Origin: Amoebidium appalachense
Taxonomy: Eukaryota > Protista > Ichthyosporea
Direction of reading: 5' to 3'
Assembly (NCBI GenBank): GCA_963693365.1
Contig: CAVNZM010000003.1
Coordinates: 13,982,914 to 14,046,913, forward strand
DNA: 64,000 nucleotides
Shown here: positions 1 to 14,181 of the stretch, piece by piece
Numbering within the stretch: the first letter of the stretch is position 1
Layout of the letters: every line of letters starts with the position of its first letter
Notes under the pieces: generated by a model
Seen by the model: only the letters and a program-made list of their open reading frames with translations
What the model was told of the DNA's origin: nothing
Databases searched by the model: none
Position numbers and translations under genes: made by a program

Positions 1-551
1 GTCTGTGTGGGAGGGTTGTTGTTCTGCCTTCGCCGTCAGCGCGTAAAGAAAAGCGAAGCAATGAAGAACGGCTCATTTCTTCGCACTTCCATTCAAGCAC
101 GCAGCTCCAAGCCTGGTGGAACCCTCAATGTCAAATCACCGCCCAAACCCTCCGCTTTTGTTGTCTCCCTCCCTTCTCCCACCGAAGCGGTTTTCCTGGA
201 CAGGGGCGGTGAACATGACCTGTTTGCCCATGACACCACGCCATCAGCCCTACGCCCTCATGCATCGTTTTCCACCGAGGCGATTTCGCCCAACACGGCG
301 CGTAAAAGGCCGTCACAGAGCCTTTCCCCACGTCAGATGGGTGAGCAGCAGCAGCCGTTGAGACGGAGCAGCAGTGGAATTAACCTGAACAAGAAGGGGT
401 TAAGTGCGCAAGGTAGCGGCATGATCCGATCGAATTCGATCGAATTTGGGCAGATGTCGCCGTCGGGTGCAACGGGAAGAAAGGATCGGTGGCAGAATAT
501 TGACTTGGCTCCGGACCAGCAGTCTACACCAGAGGACTCTCCTAGGCAAGG
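1..551 (+). CDS. Partial exon of a probable single-pass membrane protein (end of TM helix plus Ser/Pro-rich cytoplasmic tail); gene starts upstream of the window
   Basis: Frame is open from base 1: VCVGGLLFCL-RRQRVKK (hydrophobic stretch, then basic stop-transfer), followed by ~165 aa of non-repetitive S/P-rich sequence. Donor GTATGG at 552, then GT-rich intron. A possible last exon starts after CCCCAG at 1377 but is unresolved. Confidence 0.55.
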
Positions 552-765
552 GTATGGGTGTGTACGTGTGTGTTTGTGGGTGCACGTGTGTGGGTGGGTG
601 GGTTTGTGTGTGTGTGTTTGAGCGTGGGTGTGGATGTGTGCGGGTGTGTGGTTGGGTGGGTGGGTGCACAAGCGTTCATGTATGCTTTTGTGGGTGGGTG
701 GGTGGGTGTTTGAAGCGGTAACCGTTCACGGGTGTGTGTGTATAGTGCGTGGGGGAAGGGGAGAG

Positions 766-796
<31 letters not shown>

Positions 797-1898
797 AAGG
801 GGGGGGGGGGGGGGGGGGGCTTCATTTTTGTCTGTCTTTCCATGAAAACTATCTTTTTTTTCTTGTGTAACACTGTACTTTGTTGCCTGTACGTGACACG
901 TTTTAGTCCCCCCCCCCCCCCCCCCCCCCCCCCCAACACACACACACACACACGCAAAAAGAAAAAAATAAATAAATAAAAAAACCACTGCACCCTCCAC
1001 CCTTCCCCGTGCCATACACACGCCTACATCCCTCCCACGTCTTCAACCCCCACCTGTCTTCCAACAACATCACCACCACCACCCACTCAACACTAAACCT
1101 CGTTTCCCGGTCAATATAGATCACCCCTCACAAATCCCTCCCTCGCTCCCTCTCCTATACAGACACCCCCCCCCCCCCTCCCCCCTCCCCCTCCCCCTTC
1201 CCCCCCCCCCCCCCCCCCCCCCTTCCCCCCCGGCTTCTTATCTGTTTGAGTTTCTACGTTCCATATATGTCGGGTTGCATTTGTATTCTGCACTTCATTA
1301 CATCCTCCCCCCCGGGCACCCTTCCCCATCTCTTTCCTTCTTCCCAGCCTTCCCCCCCCCCCATCCCCTCCCCCCAGGTTTTGGGCTATCGTCGAGTAGC
1401 TTCTGCCTGCACATTTGTGTCTTATGGCTTTGCATTTTTTATGATTAATTGTCCTACAATGTCCGTTCTCTAGGTGCATACACGTCATGCCCCATTCCAC
1501 TTCATGGCTTTCGCTTGTTTCCCTTTTCCTATACCTCCTGCCCCCCCCCCCCCCCCCCCCCTCCCTTTTTTCTTTTTGAGCCCGTTGCAATTTTTTTTGC
1601 ACGGGCGAATTGGTGCACTTTTTATTGACTGAACAATCATATTGAAGCCTGCATGTGTCTTGAGCAGGAGGAAGGGGGGGGGGGGGGGGGGGGGGGGGGG
1701 AAGGTGAGTGGGGGGTTGGGTTGGTGATGATGGTTGCTGTGTACTTCGAGAGGGGGTGAGGGGAGGGGAGGAGGGGGAAGGGGGGGGGGGGGGGGGGGGG
1801 AAGGGGGGAAGAGAGAGACAGACAGGGGAGGTTGAGAGGGATGCGGGGGCGAAAGAGGTGTGTGGGTTGTGGGTGGGTGGGTGGGTGGGTGGGTGGGG

Positions 1899-1935
<37 letters not shown>

Positions 1936-2333
1936 CTTGGTGTTGGAACCCCAATGATTGTATGACAACAGCCCTTTTTGCTTGCTACCCTGTAGTTTGT
2001 GGTTAAACTCTTTTTCCGTCGTTTGCATTGAGGGGGAAGAGGGTGAGCCCGGGGGGAGGGGGGGGAGGTAGGGAAGAGAGATGAAAGGGTGTTGTGTTCG
2101 TTGTCGAGGTTGGGGACTTGAGTGTTTTCTGGTCTGTAATCTCATTGAACCGGTATTATATATCCGTGTTGCTTCATTGTGATCATTATGTTCTATTATG
2201 AACTCTACCCCCTTTCGTGACGGTGGGCTCCGGATGTTTCCCCTCTCCGTGTGTAGATTTGTTGCATATATGCCTTACTTTGTCTATTTCAAGGTTGTGT
2301 TTCGTGCTGCATATGACTCCTCCCCTCCAGTTC

Positions 2334-2417
<84 letters not shown>

Positions 2418-2661
2418 AAAATTGCATGCTTGATTTACATGGTTATTTCTGCACATTGTGTTATGGCCTACACCCTGTTTCTCTTCTTGCCTGGGCTTCG
2501 TTGTGTGGCACACCCTAACACCATTCTCCAACGTTACACACGTGCGCGCGTACACACACAGACACACACACACACCGTCCCTCCCTCCCTCTCCCCTTCT
2601 GCCTCTCACTCACTCAGACACACACGCACACACACACACACACACTCTATCTATCTGTCTC

Positions 2662-2709
<48 letters not shown>

Positions 2710-2938
2710 ACACAGGGTTGGGCTGGACGAGATCGACATCTGAATGCCGTAGCTTCTTGCATAGACATGTGCCTATTTTTGCGACATAATTTTTAAATAG
2801 CAATAACACTTATCATAGTGGGTTGGTAACAATATTCGCTTACCATGGTGGCTAGCTTTTTTGGTTGGGTTTTTTCGTCATTCTTTCTTCTTCCTTCCTT
2901 TCTTTCTTTTTTTTTTTTTTTTTTTTTTTTCTCTTTTC

Positions 2939-2973
<35 letters not shown>

Positions 2974-4204
2974 TGTTTTCGTGACTTCAAGTTAGGTTCA
3001 TTCGAGTGGTCCCCTTTAGCCCTATTTGTTGAGCGAAAGCGAGTTTTCTGTCAGCCTTTAATCCTTTTTTTACCGCAGTAGCAGTGTTTGTTGGGAAATG
3101 TTTAACGCCCCTGTGGTGTTATTATGGTAGCTGAAGTGCTTCGATAATTTATCCTCGAACCCACAGGTAGATACCGTAGATTCTATAAACTAAGGGCGGA
3201 AGAAATGGATTACGGCTGGCTGCTCGTTCAGATATTATAATGACAGATGCTACAAAGGTAGTGTTAACGAGGTGTTTCCACGCCACCAGGATGAATTTGT
3301 GTACACATGTGCACGGCCATGTGACCACACAAGAAGGGCATGCTTGGCCAAATTTTCAACTCTGGAGTATCAGCAGTCTATTTGTTTCTTCACATGGAGC
3401 TTGGTGAAAGGAGTTTGGCATGGCCAGGGTGTGCACGTGTCACACAGTTACTGTTTTAGATCAAACTTGCACGTGTTCGTTGTGACGTTCGAAACTTCGC
3501 ACTAGCTTCCGCATACGTGCACGTGACACTGTACACATTTCATATTTGTTGACATCACAAACAACAGAACGTCACCCTTTCCACCGTAATAAGTTATACC
3601 AAGGCACACGTTACACCAAATTTACGTGTACGGCGACGTCGCACTCGTGTGTGCGTGCAGCATGCATGTGCACGAACTGGTGAGTGCACGTAATACATGT
3701 GGCAAACATGCATCATGAATTGATTGTGCACAACATGCCTGTAGAAGATTGTCCACACTTGAAGCGGTCAGCTTTTGCTCGTATCATGGAGGGGCGTTTA
3801 ATATCCACGACATCCCCTCCGAGGGCGTCGGGCGGAAAAGGCCCTCGTCACGTGACTTGTCTGTCTGTCTAAACTTCGTACCCGGAACTTCGGAAGGACA
3901 TGTGACAGTGCAAGACGCAAGCTAACACGGTGACACAAAAGTGGCGCCGTTAGTGTGCACGTGGCTTTGGCACGTGCATGCACATCGCTGGTGGAGCGCC
4001 AACACAGGCATCCGCGCGGGCATCGCAGTAAATGCAAATGCATGCACGATAAAAACTTTTTTTTTTCCAGTAATGAATGCTTGAAGCACCACAATATATA
4101 TCTGAAGTGAACTTGAAGCTTTCAAGTTGAACTTCACACAAGGAAAAAACACGTCGCACAAGCTAGCCTTGAAGGCTTGCACCAGTGCTTGTTTACAAAA
4201 GTGG

Positions 4205-4350
4205 CCAATCAAACGCTTGCATCATATGAAATTCTATCAGGTACAAATTTCCAACCAATAGGAAGCGATCAAACATAAACTGAGCTCTGATGCGGTGTAC
4301 TTTAAACCAATAGGAAAATAGAAATCTTTTGAGCTTCCGTTTTATCCAAT
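4205..4350 (+). promoter_or_regulatory. Cluster of four CCAAT boxes upstream of ceramide kinase
   Basis: CCAAT at 4205, 4255, 4307 and 4346; three are followed by an AA(A)GCG-like tail. Confidence 0.35.
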
Positions 4351-5235
4351 CAAAAGCGATCCAGCTTCATTTGCTCTGGTAATCGTGGGATCCAGGGTTT
4401 CCATTGCAAAGCAGCTGTAAATTGACGTATCTTGAACTAATGTTGAGAACCATAACTTGCTATAATTAGTAAATAATACAGCATAACCGACACACTTTAT
4501 CGCATATTATGATATAAATTAAAATGAGGATTGTACGCAATATTATTACTTGGATTGATTGACTGGTCATCGTCCAAAATAATTCGAATGCTTCTATGCA
4601 AAAGTGTCTAAAGGGGGGTTTTTCTTGCCCAGGCGTCGATGACGTTTTTACAACTCAGGTGAAAGGCTTCAGTCGAGCGAAAGCTGGAAGGAAACGAAAG
4701 GTTTTGGCCAAGCCATTCTTCCAATTCCCTACACAAGCGGTTAGCGTTTGATGCTAGCTGCAAAGGCTTTTGTAAAAACTGGTACACCCAATCTTTCTTT
4801 TAACTTTGAATTCCCCCTTCACGTGCACAGCGCAGTTTCTGCATCAGGGCATTCAGCTATAGGGGCCAACGGAGGCTAAAACGTGAAGGTGCACTTTTCC
4901 TTCATTTTGTATTCCCTCCTTACCTTTATGTGTGGCTTAGAAAAAATCATCGAGAACAAAAAACACAGCTCCGAATGCTTGGCTATTGACACTTGAGTTC
5001 TGGCCAGTTTTTTTTTTCTGTGCATTTAACATCGTCAATAACTCATCTCCTTAGTGCACCAAGTGAGCACCTTCGTTTAATTCGCTGGCAAGAACAACAT
5101 ATGGAAGATTAGGCAATGCGACGTTTTTTTAAGAACATACACTCTACCTTAAAGCGGCAAATACTCACCAAATCTCGCGTTTTTCCACCCCAATCTCTCT
5201 TCTTCTCGTTGTACAGAAAACCTCCATCTGCGACC

Positions 5236-6973
5236 ATGACAGTAACAGTCGAGTCTAAGGAGTATGGTTGGCGGATGCCCAATCCTTTCGCGCTAATTTC
5301 GAAAAACCCCAAGAGTCTTATCAGTTCACAAATAGAACCCAGGCAGAACATCCTTGATACAGACCCCAGCATTGAAAATTTCGAGTTGAAAAAGAACTAT
5401 GATCAAATCAACTACACAGTCTCTTCAGATTGCCTTGAATGGACAGATGCATCGGGCACCACACACACTCTCTTTCTGAAGGATGTAGTTGCAATAGTTC
5501 AAAACGAGAAAACGGCGTTGCAGAGCGTAAACACGGTGAAAGATGATTTGTCGACGGAGATAGAGCGCAGGTTTCTGCTGCCGACGGTGCGTGTGCACAC
5601 AGTGGAAAGATGGAGGGACTGCACATGGACGGTCAGGTGGCAAGACATAGACTTCTTGTCGTATGTCTCCCCCCCCCCCCTTCCCCCCCTCCACCTTCCC
5701 CCCTGCCAAACCCCCTCTCTTCTCTGCCCCCCCTTGTACAGCCACCACGTCAAGCCACAGAGGTTGTGCCCCGCGTTCTTCCAAATTGCTGTGTGCTTAT
5801 GTTAGCATGTGTGCTGGCCATTCTTCGCAATTCATTAGTTCTTCGCATTGTGCAACACTGTTCTCCTGTTTTCGCCGGCACCGGATGGCTGCCCACCCTA
5901 CACCGTAGGAACACTTGCCTATGTGCACACACATGGGCAAAGACATTGGCACATCCACAACAACACCCCCCACACACACCCCCCACCCCTCCCTCCTCCC
6001 CATTCCCCCCTCCCCCCTCCCCCCTACTTTATCCTGTCTTGACTGATGTATGTCTGCTATGGGTTTTGATCCCCTTTCTATTAAAAACCCCTCCAAACAC
6101 ACACAAACTCAACCCCACACGACCACGAAGACCACCCCCACCACCACCACTACCATACCACCAGCACCTACTTTTGTTACTCTTACTTGCTGGGCGCCTT
6201 AGTGCTTGCTCTCTGCTTTTCTTGCACACGTGTTCGGTGTGTGCACACAGTTTTGGTAGGCTAGGGCCTGGATGGATGGATGTGCTCTATTTGTTGCTGT
6301 CTTGTGTGTATGCAGTTGTGCTTGGAAGAAGAAAAAAAACGTATCAACACAATGCTTACAAGTGGCATGTTTAATACATCATGTCATAGTGTTTCACCAT
6401 ATCTCTACCCCCCTCCACATGCCTGTAATTTATTTGGTCGTTTGCACGCTCTTAAACACCAACATGCTAAGCCTCTTCTGTATTCTTCCATATATACTAA
6501 TTGCTGCTCCTGGTTTTTCATTTCATCGAACCCGTTTGTGGTAACATCTAGCCCGTTGTTTATATATCATTTAACCCGTTTTTCATATTAATCCCCCTGT
6601 TTCCCATCTCAATGAACATGTTCTCCATTTTATCCACCTTCTTCTTTCCCCAGTAAAATAACCCACTCCCCACCCACACAGCGTACACACCGCCTCCCAA
6701 GTCGCCTTACAGGTCAACTCCGCTCTTCAAGCAAACGCCGAGCGCCCCAAACGACTCCTTGCCTTCATTAATCCTTTTGGGGGCAAGAGGTTGGCACCGA
6801 CGGTGTACCAAAACGTCGTTTCGCCGTTGTTTAACCTAGCAGGGGTTCATGTTGAGGTGGTGGTGACGGAGAGGGGGGGTCACGCCGCTGAGGTTGTTGG
6901 GAGGGAGGATCTGGGCCGGTGGGACGGGTTGGTTGCTGTGGGGGGCGATGGGTTTTTCAGTGAGGTTGGAACT

Positions 6974-7006
<33 letters not shown>

Positions 7007-7699
7007 TGCCCCCTCCTTTCGTTCTCCTTCTCTCATTGCCTTTTTATGTTCTGCGGTGTTTGTCCTTTTTTAGTCATTATAATGAGTAACTAATCCCCCC
7101 CCCCCCCCCCCCCCCCCCAATTCTTCCCTTCCCGTGTCTCTCTTCCTCTCGCTCTCTCTCTCAATATTCCTTCCTCACTCCCTCGCTGGCTCAATGCCTC
7201 CTCGCCCTCTTTCCCCTTTTTTTATCCCCCCCCCCCCCCCTCCTCCCCCCGGTGCAGTTGTGTGCGCTAATTATAGTTGGTATCGTAAATAACCTCTTTT
7301 TCTACACACACACACATCACACATCACACACACACATGCGCGCGCGCACGCACACATACACACACACACACACACTCACATCATCCAATACAAACACCAC
7401 TGACCCCGTTTTCCGCTTTTCAGGTTCTAAACGCACTTACCCACCGTTCGGACCGACCCGAAACTCTCCAAATCGGGCTGATACCCGGCGGGTCGACCAA
7501 CTGCGTTGTCCAAACGGCCCAAGGGGCAAACGATCCGGTCACAGCTACACTCCAAATAATCACGGGGGCAAGATTGGCTCATGATTTGTGTTTGGTATCT
7601 GCGGGAGATATGCGAAAATACGCCGCGTCGATGGTGGCGTATGGGTTCTATGGGGATATTATCGCAAATTCCAACTCATTGAGGTACGTACATACACAA

Positions 7700-7730
<31 letters not shown>

Positions 7731-7869
7731 ACACACACACCCACCCACCCACACGCACACACCTCTTCTCGACAACATTCTAATCGAGTGATTGGAATGG
7801 TTTTGATGTATGTTTTGCATCCACACCCCCATCTGCACAAAAGGATTTGTTGTTTCCTTTTTTTAATTT

Positions 7870-7901
<32 letters not shown>

Positions 7902-7984
7902 CCTCCCTCCCTCCCTCCCTCCCTCCCTCCCTCCCTCCCTCCCTCCCTCCCTCCCTCCCTCCCTCCCTCCCTCCCTCCCTCCCT

Positions 7985-8035
<51 letters not shown>

Positions 8036-8950
8036 GAAATAGGGAAAGAACTTAAAACTGATGGTTATCACAGTGGGTTAGTGTCTTCCTCTCATGTCCT
8101 TTGGTATCTCACTGCATACCCCATATGAAATATCGCTGATTATCTGCTGACTATCTCCCTTCGCAGGTGGATGGGCCCCACCCGCTACGACTACACAGGG
8201 CTCCAAATGTTCATGCGCAAGCAGTCCTACCCAATGAAAATGTACCTACGCCTCGCAAATATCCAACGGGGAACAGGGGGGGTATGTGTTTCCGGGTGCG
8301 CTCACTGTCCCAAGGATCCCCCCACATGTGAAATTTCAATCCTTCACGATGACGAAAAGGGCGCCTCGGCGGCGGCGATGCTCCAAACGCTCGAATCGAT
8401 GAGCGAGGAGGAGTTGAGCAGGGAGGGATGGAAGATTGTCGATGGGAAATTTATTTGCATTAATGTTTTGGCGACTGCGTGTAAGAGCCCTCACGCGCCC
8501 AAAGGGATGGCCCCGCACGCGCACCTCAGCGACGGGTGTTTAGAGGTCGTTTTGGTAAGAGACTGCGCGCACCCTCTCTACCTTGCGCACTTGGCGTGTC
8601 TTGCGAACCCGAAAGCGGATCATTTCGATTTTGATTTCGTCGAAAATTACAAGGTCAAAGAGGCGGTTTTTGCTGCCCCGGGGGGTGCTGCGGGGGCCGC
8701 TGGCGGAGAAATTCAGGGGAACTGGATGGCGGATGGGGAGCTTTTTCCTAATGGGGTGGTGCATTTGAAAGCGAGATCGAATTTCGTTCATGTTTTTGGT
8801 ACGAGGCCGTACTTCCCGCCCTCCGTCACGCCAAATCTTAAACTGAAACCGTCGGAAATCGTGGATTGTCAGGTTGGATCGGGCAGTGGTGAAGGTGGGA
8901 GGGCAGGGGTGGTGGGTGCTGGGGAGAAGGGAGCACCGACTGCGGTATAA
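5236..8950 (+). CDS. CERK: Ceramide kinase (DAGK/sphingosine-kinase family); exons 5236-5660, 6682-6964, 7424-7683, 8167-8950
   Basis: Spliced motifs: RPKRLLAFINPFGG, VAVGGDGFFSEV, IGLIPGGSTN, YGFYGDII, WMGPTRYDYTG, the CERK-type CxxxCxxC (CVSGCAHC), AHLSDGCLEVVLVR and WMADGE. Intron phases are compatible. An in-frame upstream ATG at 5116 is also possible. Confidence 0.9.
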
Positions 8951-9029
8951 ACAGGTGTAATGTGAGTGTTTTTTATGGGTCGTTCTAATACTTAGGGTTT
9001 TCTTTTCTTTTCTCTTCTTTTTTTTTTTT

Positions 9030-9061
<32 letters not shown>

Positions 9062-9499
9062 GGGGGAGGGGGGTGGGGAGGGGGGGAGGGGGGGGGGGGG
9101 GGGGGGCACCACGAGTGGTCATGGGCAGCTGTGGTTTTGTGTGTGCGCGCGCCTATTTTTTGTACCTGCTGTTTGAGAATGAAGTTTAATTGAATGTTCC
9201 AAGTTTGTCATACGCCATGTAACATCCACGGACTTCGGATTTCTCTTTTTTTTTTTTTTTTCTATTATGATAGTTCCCTGTTTATGTATGCTATATCAGA
9301 TCTCAAAAAGAGATTAAGTGAACAACAGTGTTTTTGTAATGAGTACCTGTAGATGCCTAATGCAGAGATACGCGTAATTGCGCAATTGGGAATTATTGCT
9401 GGTGGGTGTCGGCTGTTCTTACAGTATATAGTGCTAGTCTGTAAGTTTGGTATGTTTTCGACGCGATGGCATCGTGTCTTTGCAAGTAGGTTTGTTGAA

Positions 9500-9572
<73 letters not shown>

Positions 9573-9899
9573 TCGGAATGCAGGCTGGTTCAAGGAAATG
9601 CTAGTCACCTGGCAGTTACATATCAAAGGGATAAATTCCCTCGATACACTGATTTTTGGTTGTTTTGAAAGAAAAAGTGGGAAAGACAGGAATAAAGGAA
9701 AAGAGAAGAAAAAGGCGGTGTTGCCTCGGTAAGGCGCCTGCAAAATAGAAAACACATTGTGTAAAGGAGATATCGTGTCTGTGGAGAAAAGAGCACATAT
9801 GCACAGTACGTACACAACCCTTCAGCATCTCTGCGGCAATATGACCATGCATGTTGGTATTTTTGTTGGGCCGAGCCGGTTTTCCCTGGCCCCCCGGCC

Positions 9900-9944
<45 letters not shown>

Positions 9945-9969
9945 AGCCAAACAATTGTGTGCACGCATT

Positions 9970-10003
<34 letters not shown>

Positions 10004-10222
10004 TGGCCTCCTTCCCAGAGTCACTAAGTGAACCATGTAAAAAGTACCACAACCACCACAATATTGATTACACTGCACATGCATGCTCTCTGTCTCTCCC
10101 TCTCCCTCTCTCTCGACTCCCTCCCTCCCTCCCCCCCTCCCCCCTCCCCCCCCCCCTCTCTCTTCCCTCTCCCCCTCCCTCATTCTCTCTCTGTCTCTCT
10201 CTCTCTCTCTCTTTCTCTCTCG

Positions 10223-10253
<31 letters not shown>

Positions 10254-10306
10254 TGTGAAGTCGTGCAAACCAAAGTCAGTGTTAACGCACACACACACAC
10301 ACATTT

Positions 10307-10355
10307 GGTTTAGGGTTTACGTTAGGATTTGTAGGGTTTAAGGTTTAGGGTTAGG
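10307..10355 (+). repeat. Degenerate interstitial telomere-like repeats (TTTAGGG/TTAGGG)
   Basis: GGTTTAGGGTTTACGTTAGGATTTGTAGGGTTTAAGGTTTAGGGTTAGG. Confidence 0.5.
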
Positions 10356-10390
10356 CAGGGGTGTCGGGGGTGGGGAAGTGGGGGGGGAGG

Positions 10391-10630
10391 GGTTTGAATG
10401 CGTCATAAAGTACGAAGTACACAAGAACAACGGATAACACCGCGATGCAGAATGCAAACCATACATAAAGAGTATGCATAATAAGCAGTGCCCATCCTCA
10501 GGGGGGGCCAACGTCATCCACAGTACCCGAGTTTCGACCCATTCACCTCGTTAACGAAACCCAACTCAGATACTGTTTCACTTGAACATGGGTTGGTCAC
10601 CCGTCTTGATCAGAGACGAGCAGGGTTACT
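10391..10630 (-). mobile_element. Longest copy of a dispersed SINE-like repeat family (8 copies in window)
   Basis: Core GAATG...AGTACGAAGTACAC...ATGCAGAATGC..ACCA.ACATAAAGAGTATGCA...AAGCAG.GCCCATCCTCAGGGG recurs at ~43801, 44975, 48567, 52098, 52266, 55470 and 55783. Strand is inferred from the truncation pattern. Confidence 0.65.
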
Positions 10631-10642
10631 TATGCAGGCAAA

Positions 10643-10691
<49 letters not shown>

Positions 10692-10867
10692 GGGAAGGGA
10701 GGGGATTATATATGATGCCAGCTATGAACAATTGATAGTTGCACATTTCTGTAACTGTGGCGCTTTTATTCATGGAACGTTGCCGTGATATGTACCAATG
10801 TGTATTACACAAATAGTGCATGACAATTGTACATAACCATTATTCACTACTGGTTCGTGATGTGGAC

Positions 10868-10910
<43 letters not shown>

Positions 10911-11963
10911 AAAAAAAAAAAAAACGAAAAAAAGAAAGGACGAAAGAAAGGAAAAGACAAAACAAAAAACACAGACACAGACAAATGAATTGTTGCCCTC
11001 TCTCTAATACAACACATAACTTTGAGCTACACCCCCCCCCCCCCCCCCCCCCCCCAAACAACAACAACAACAACAACACACAGACACAGACATAGACACA
11101 CACACACACACACAAAAAAAAACCATTGCCCAGGAAGTAAGTACGTGCTATGCAGCAACAGTGAAATGGACGTGTGTGTGTGTGTGTGTGTATGTGCGTA
11201 CGGGTGTGAACGGTTGTCTGCGCATGCACGTATGTTTATCTGTGCACGTGTGTGTCTGTTGCATTGATGTGTGGTTTTGTGGCTGCGTGTGTGTGTGTGT
11301 GTGTGTATGTGTGTGTGTGTTTCTGAGTGTCTACGTGTGTGTGGTGGGGGGGGAAGGGGGACCGGGGGGGGGGGGGGGGGGTCAGGAAAAAAATTAGTTT
11401 GTTTAGAAGTGAAAGGTGGGGCGAAGGAAGGAGCTAAGGGCAACGACGTGCATAACGTTATATCGGACAAATAAAAGGGGTCAAGGGGGGAAGAGGGAAG
11501 GAAAAGGCATGGAAAGGGGAGCGGGGGGAAGGGGGGAGGGAGCAAGGGCCACTGAGACTCAAGACGTGGAGAAAGAGAGAGGAGAAGAGAAGGAGGTAGA
11601 AAGGAAAGGCCCTATGTTACATAGAATTGTGCTCGTGGGCGCGTGTGTGTACGTGAGTGCGTGAGTGCGTGTGTGCGTGAGTGAGCTGCGTGGGTTTGTA
11701 AAACATATCGTATTGTGTAAGGAACCCAGCTAGCAGCTATACAAGTCCCTGCTTATCTGCGTTTGTATTAGGTTTCGCGGATTTAATAACGTTTACGTGT
11801 GTGTTATGTGGGGAGTGTCCCACGGTATGCGAGTGTGTATGTGCGCGCTGTACGTGCAAACTTTTCCAAAAAGGCTCTCGTGAACGTGGGCAAAGGCAGA
11901 GAGAAATGGAGGCAGGGGGGGTGGGCTAGTGGGGGACGGGAGGGGAGAGGAAGGGGGGGGGGG

Positions 11964-12008
<45 letters not shown>

Positions 12009-12703
12009 GGGGGAGGATGTGTAACCCGGCAGCGTCGAGCAATGAAGAGGTGTGTGATAATATAAGCGGACGAGCCAACCAGGGAGACAGAAACCAATAG
12101 AATAATCCTCAAGCCATACACGCGCTGTTTTTTTACATACATACAACCGGGACATGCATAGCAATCCTCAATGCTCGCGGACCCAATTCTCTCTCAATCT
12201 ACACTAATGGTTAGACCCTACCCAAATGTTCCAATAACACACTGCTCTACGAAGCGCTCTTACTACGTGCACTCATAAACAGATCCCTCCATGTTTCGAA
12301 CCTACAGAAAGACCAGGAAGTTGTGTGATGGCATCCTCACGTTTGTCCCCTACAATAGCTGGAATCTTCGTATGCCAGGCTGCGTTGCTGTGCTACATTG
12401 CACCCGAATAAAACTCGGTAAACATCCAACAAATCTGCACACATTCGATTTAAAACATAAAAGATTAGACTTTACATTTTAACGTATAATACTTGTACAG
12501 TTGTAAGCTGAATCTCACATCCCCTTTGCACCGATAATTCTTCACTGGTTAAGTCCCTCCAAGCTAATCTCCGAGCACTTCCTCGTTTCACGTTTCACAG
12601 TTTTGACTCACCTCTTTCTCAATTCCTTTCCTTTAAATTGTGAGGAAAAGCCACACGCTATTCTAATACTAGCAAGAAATTTTGATAACGGTAGCATTTA
12701 AAA

Positions 12704-13282
12704 ATGAGGTCGCTTTTTCTTTTGGGTTGTTTGGCGTTTGCAGGGTTTATGCCCCAGCAGGCGGCTGCAAAGGATTCCATGCTTACGTTTGAGCTCTATG
12801 CGTCAAGGGAAGAGTGCTTTTTTGAGGATGCAAAGCATGGCGTGCGTGTGGAAATCGACTGGGAGGTATGTACTTAATCAGGGACAGGGGCTCAATGTTT
12901 GGATGGTTGTGGGTAGTTGTGGATGCTGAATGAGTTTCCCGAGCGTTACTTCTCGGGTTGCTTCTTGGCAGGTCTCATGGCTTTTTGGAGCATTTGTAAC
13001 TGAAGTAGTCATGACTGTGTCTGTAAATGTGAATGCCCGTATATGCGTCGGCCTGCGTGTGTGCACGTGCATGCGCCTGCTGTGTGTGTGTGTGCGTGTG
13101 TGTGCAAGCTCACACCTGTGGCATGTCTGTTTCTTTGTTTTGCGTTTCGTGGCTGTTTTGAAAGGAGCTGCAGAGTGGGAGGGCCGTGTTGTTGGATGCT
13201 GAGTACGTGAGCGCGCATGTACGTGCACACAGGCATATGTGTGTGTGCGTGTGTGCGCTTGTGTGTGTGTGTGTGTGTATTC

Positions 13283-13320
<38 letters not shown>

Positions 13321-13539
13321 CAGAAGGGGGGGGAGGGGGGGGGTAGTTGTTGGTGTGCGTGTGTTAAGTGTTATGTCCTATGGTGTGCCAAACGGCATTT
13401 CAGTGTGAGTGCACGTGTGTGCAGGTTGCATGGTATACATGGGTGTGGCTGTGTGTGGCGGGTGCATCTGTATGTTTGTGCGGGACAGAGAGAGAGAGCC
13501 CCCCCCCCCCCCCCCTGTGTGTATGTGCGCGTGCACACA

Positions 13540-13626
<87 letters not shown>

Positions 13627-13973
13627 TTGCGTGTGTGTGCGTTTGTGCGTGTGTCTGTGTCTGTGCATGCGTGTGTTCGTGCCTCTATAGGTTGTGTACA
13701 GGCCTGTGTGCATGTGTGTCTGGGTGAATGTGCTTGTGTGCATGTGTATTTGTGAATCAGAGATTTACTTACTGATTCTGTCCGATAACCGCTTGCAACG
13801 TCTGTTCAATGAATGTTTGTGAGTTTGGTTGAAGGTGAAGGCTTGTCACCTGAGCAATTAGTAATGCGTAGAGTGGTTCACCGTGGGGACATCACTGTTC
13901 TCAACCCTTTCTTGCCTTTGTCTCTCCCTCCCTCCCTCCCTCCCTCCCTCCCTCCCTCCCTCCCTCCCTCCCT

Positions 13974-14069
<96 letters not shown>

Positions 14070-14150
14070 CCCCCCCCCCCCCCCCCCTCCCCTCTCGTGG
14101 GAGCAACAAAGATGAACCCTCTTCTTCTTCTTTTTCTTTTCTTTTCTTTT

Positions 14151-14181
<31 letters not shown>

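Noticed and set aside
10490-10540. Hammerhead-like cores on the minus strand (GAAAC-TCGG-GTA ... CTGAGGA; CTGAAGA in the 55.9-kb copy)
   Set aside because: I could not pair stems I and II by eye, so it is not called a ribozyme without a covariance-model hit
10515-10625. Possible 5S rRNA gene
   Set aside because: Only three short weak blocks match, there is no box A match and ~16 nt are extra; at best a derived repeat head
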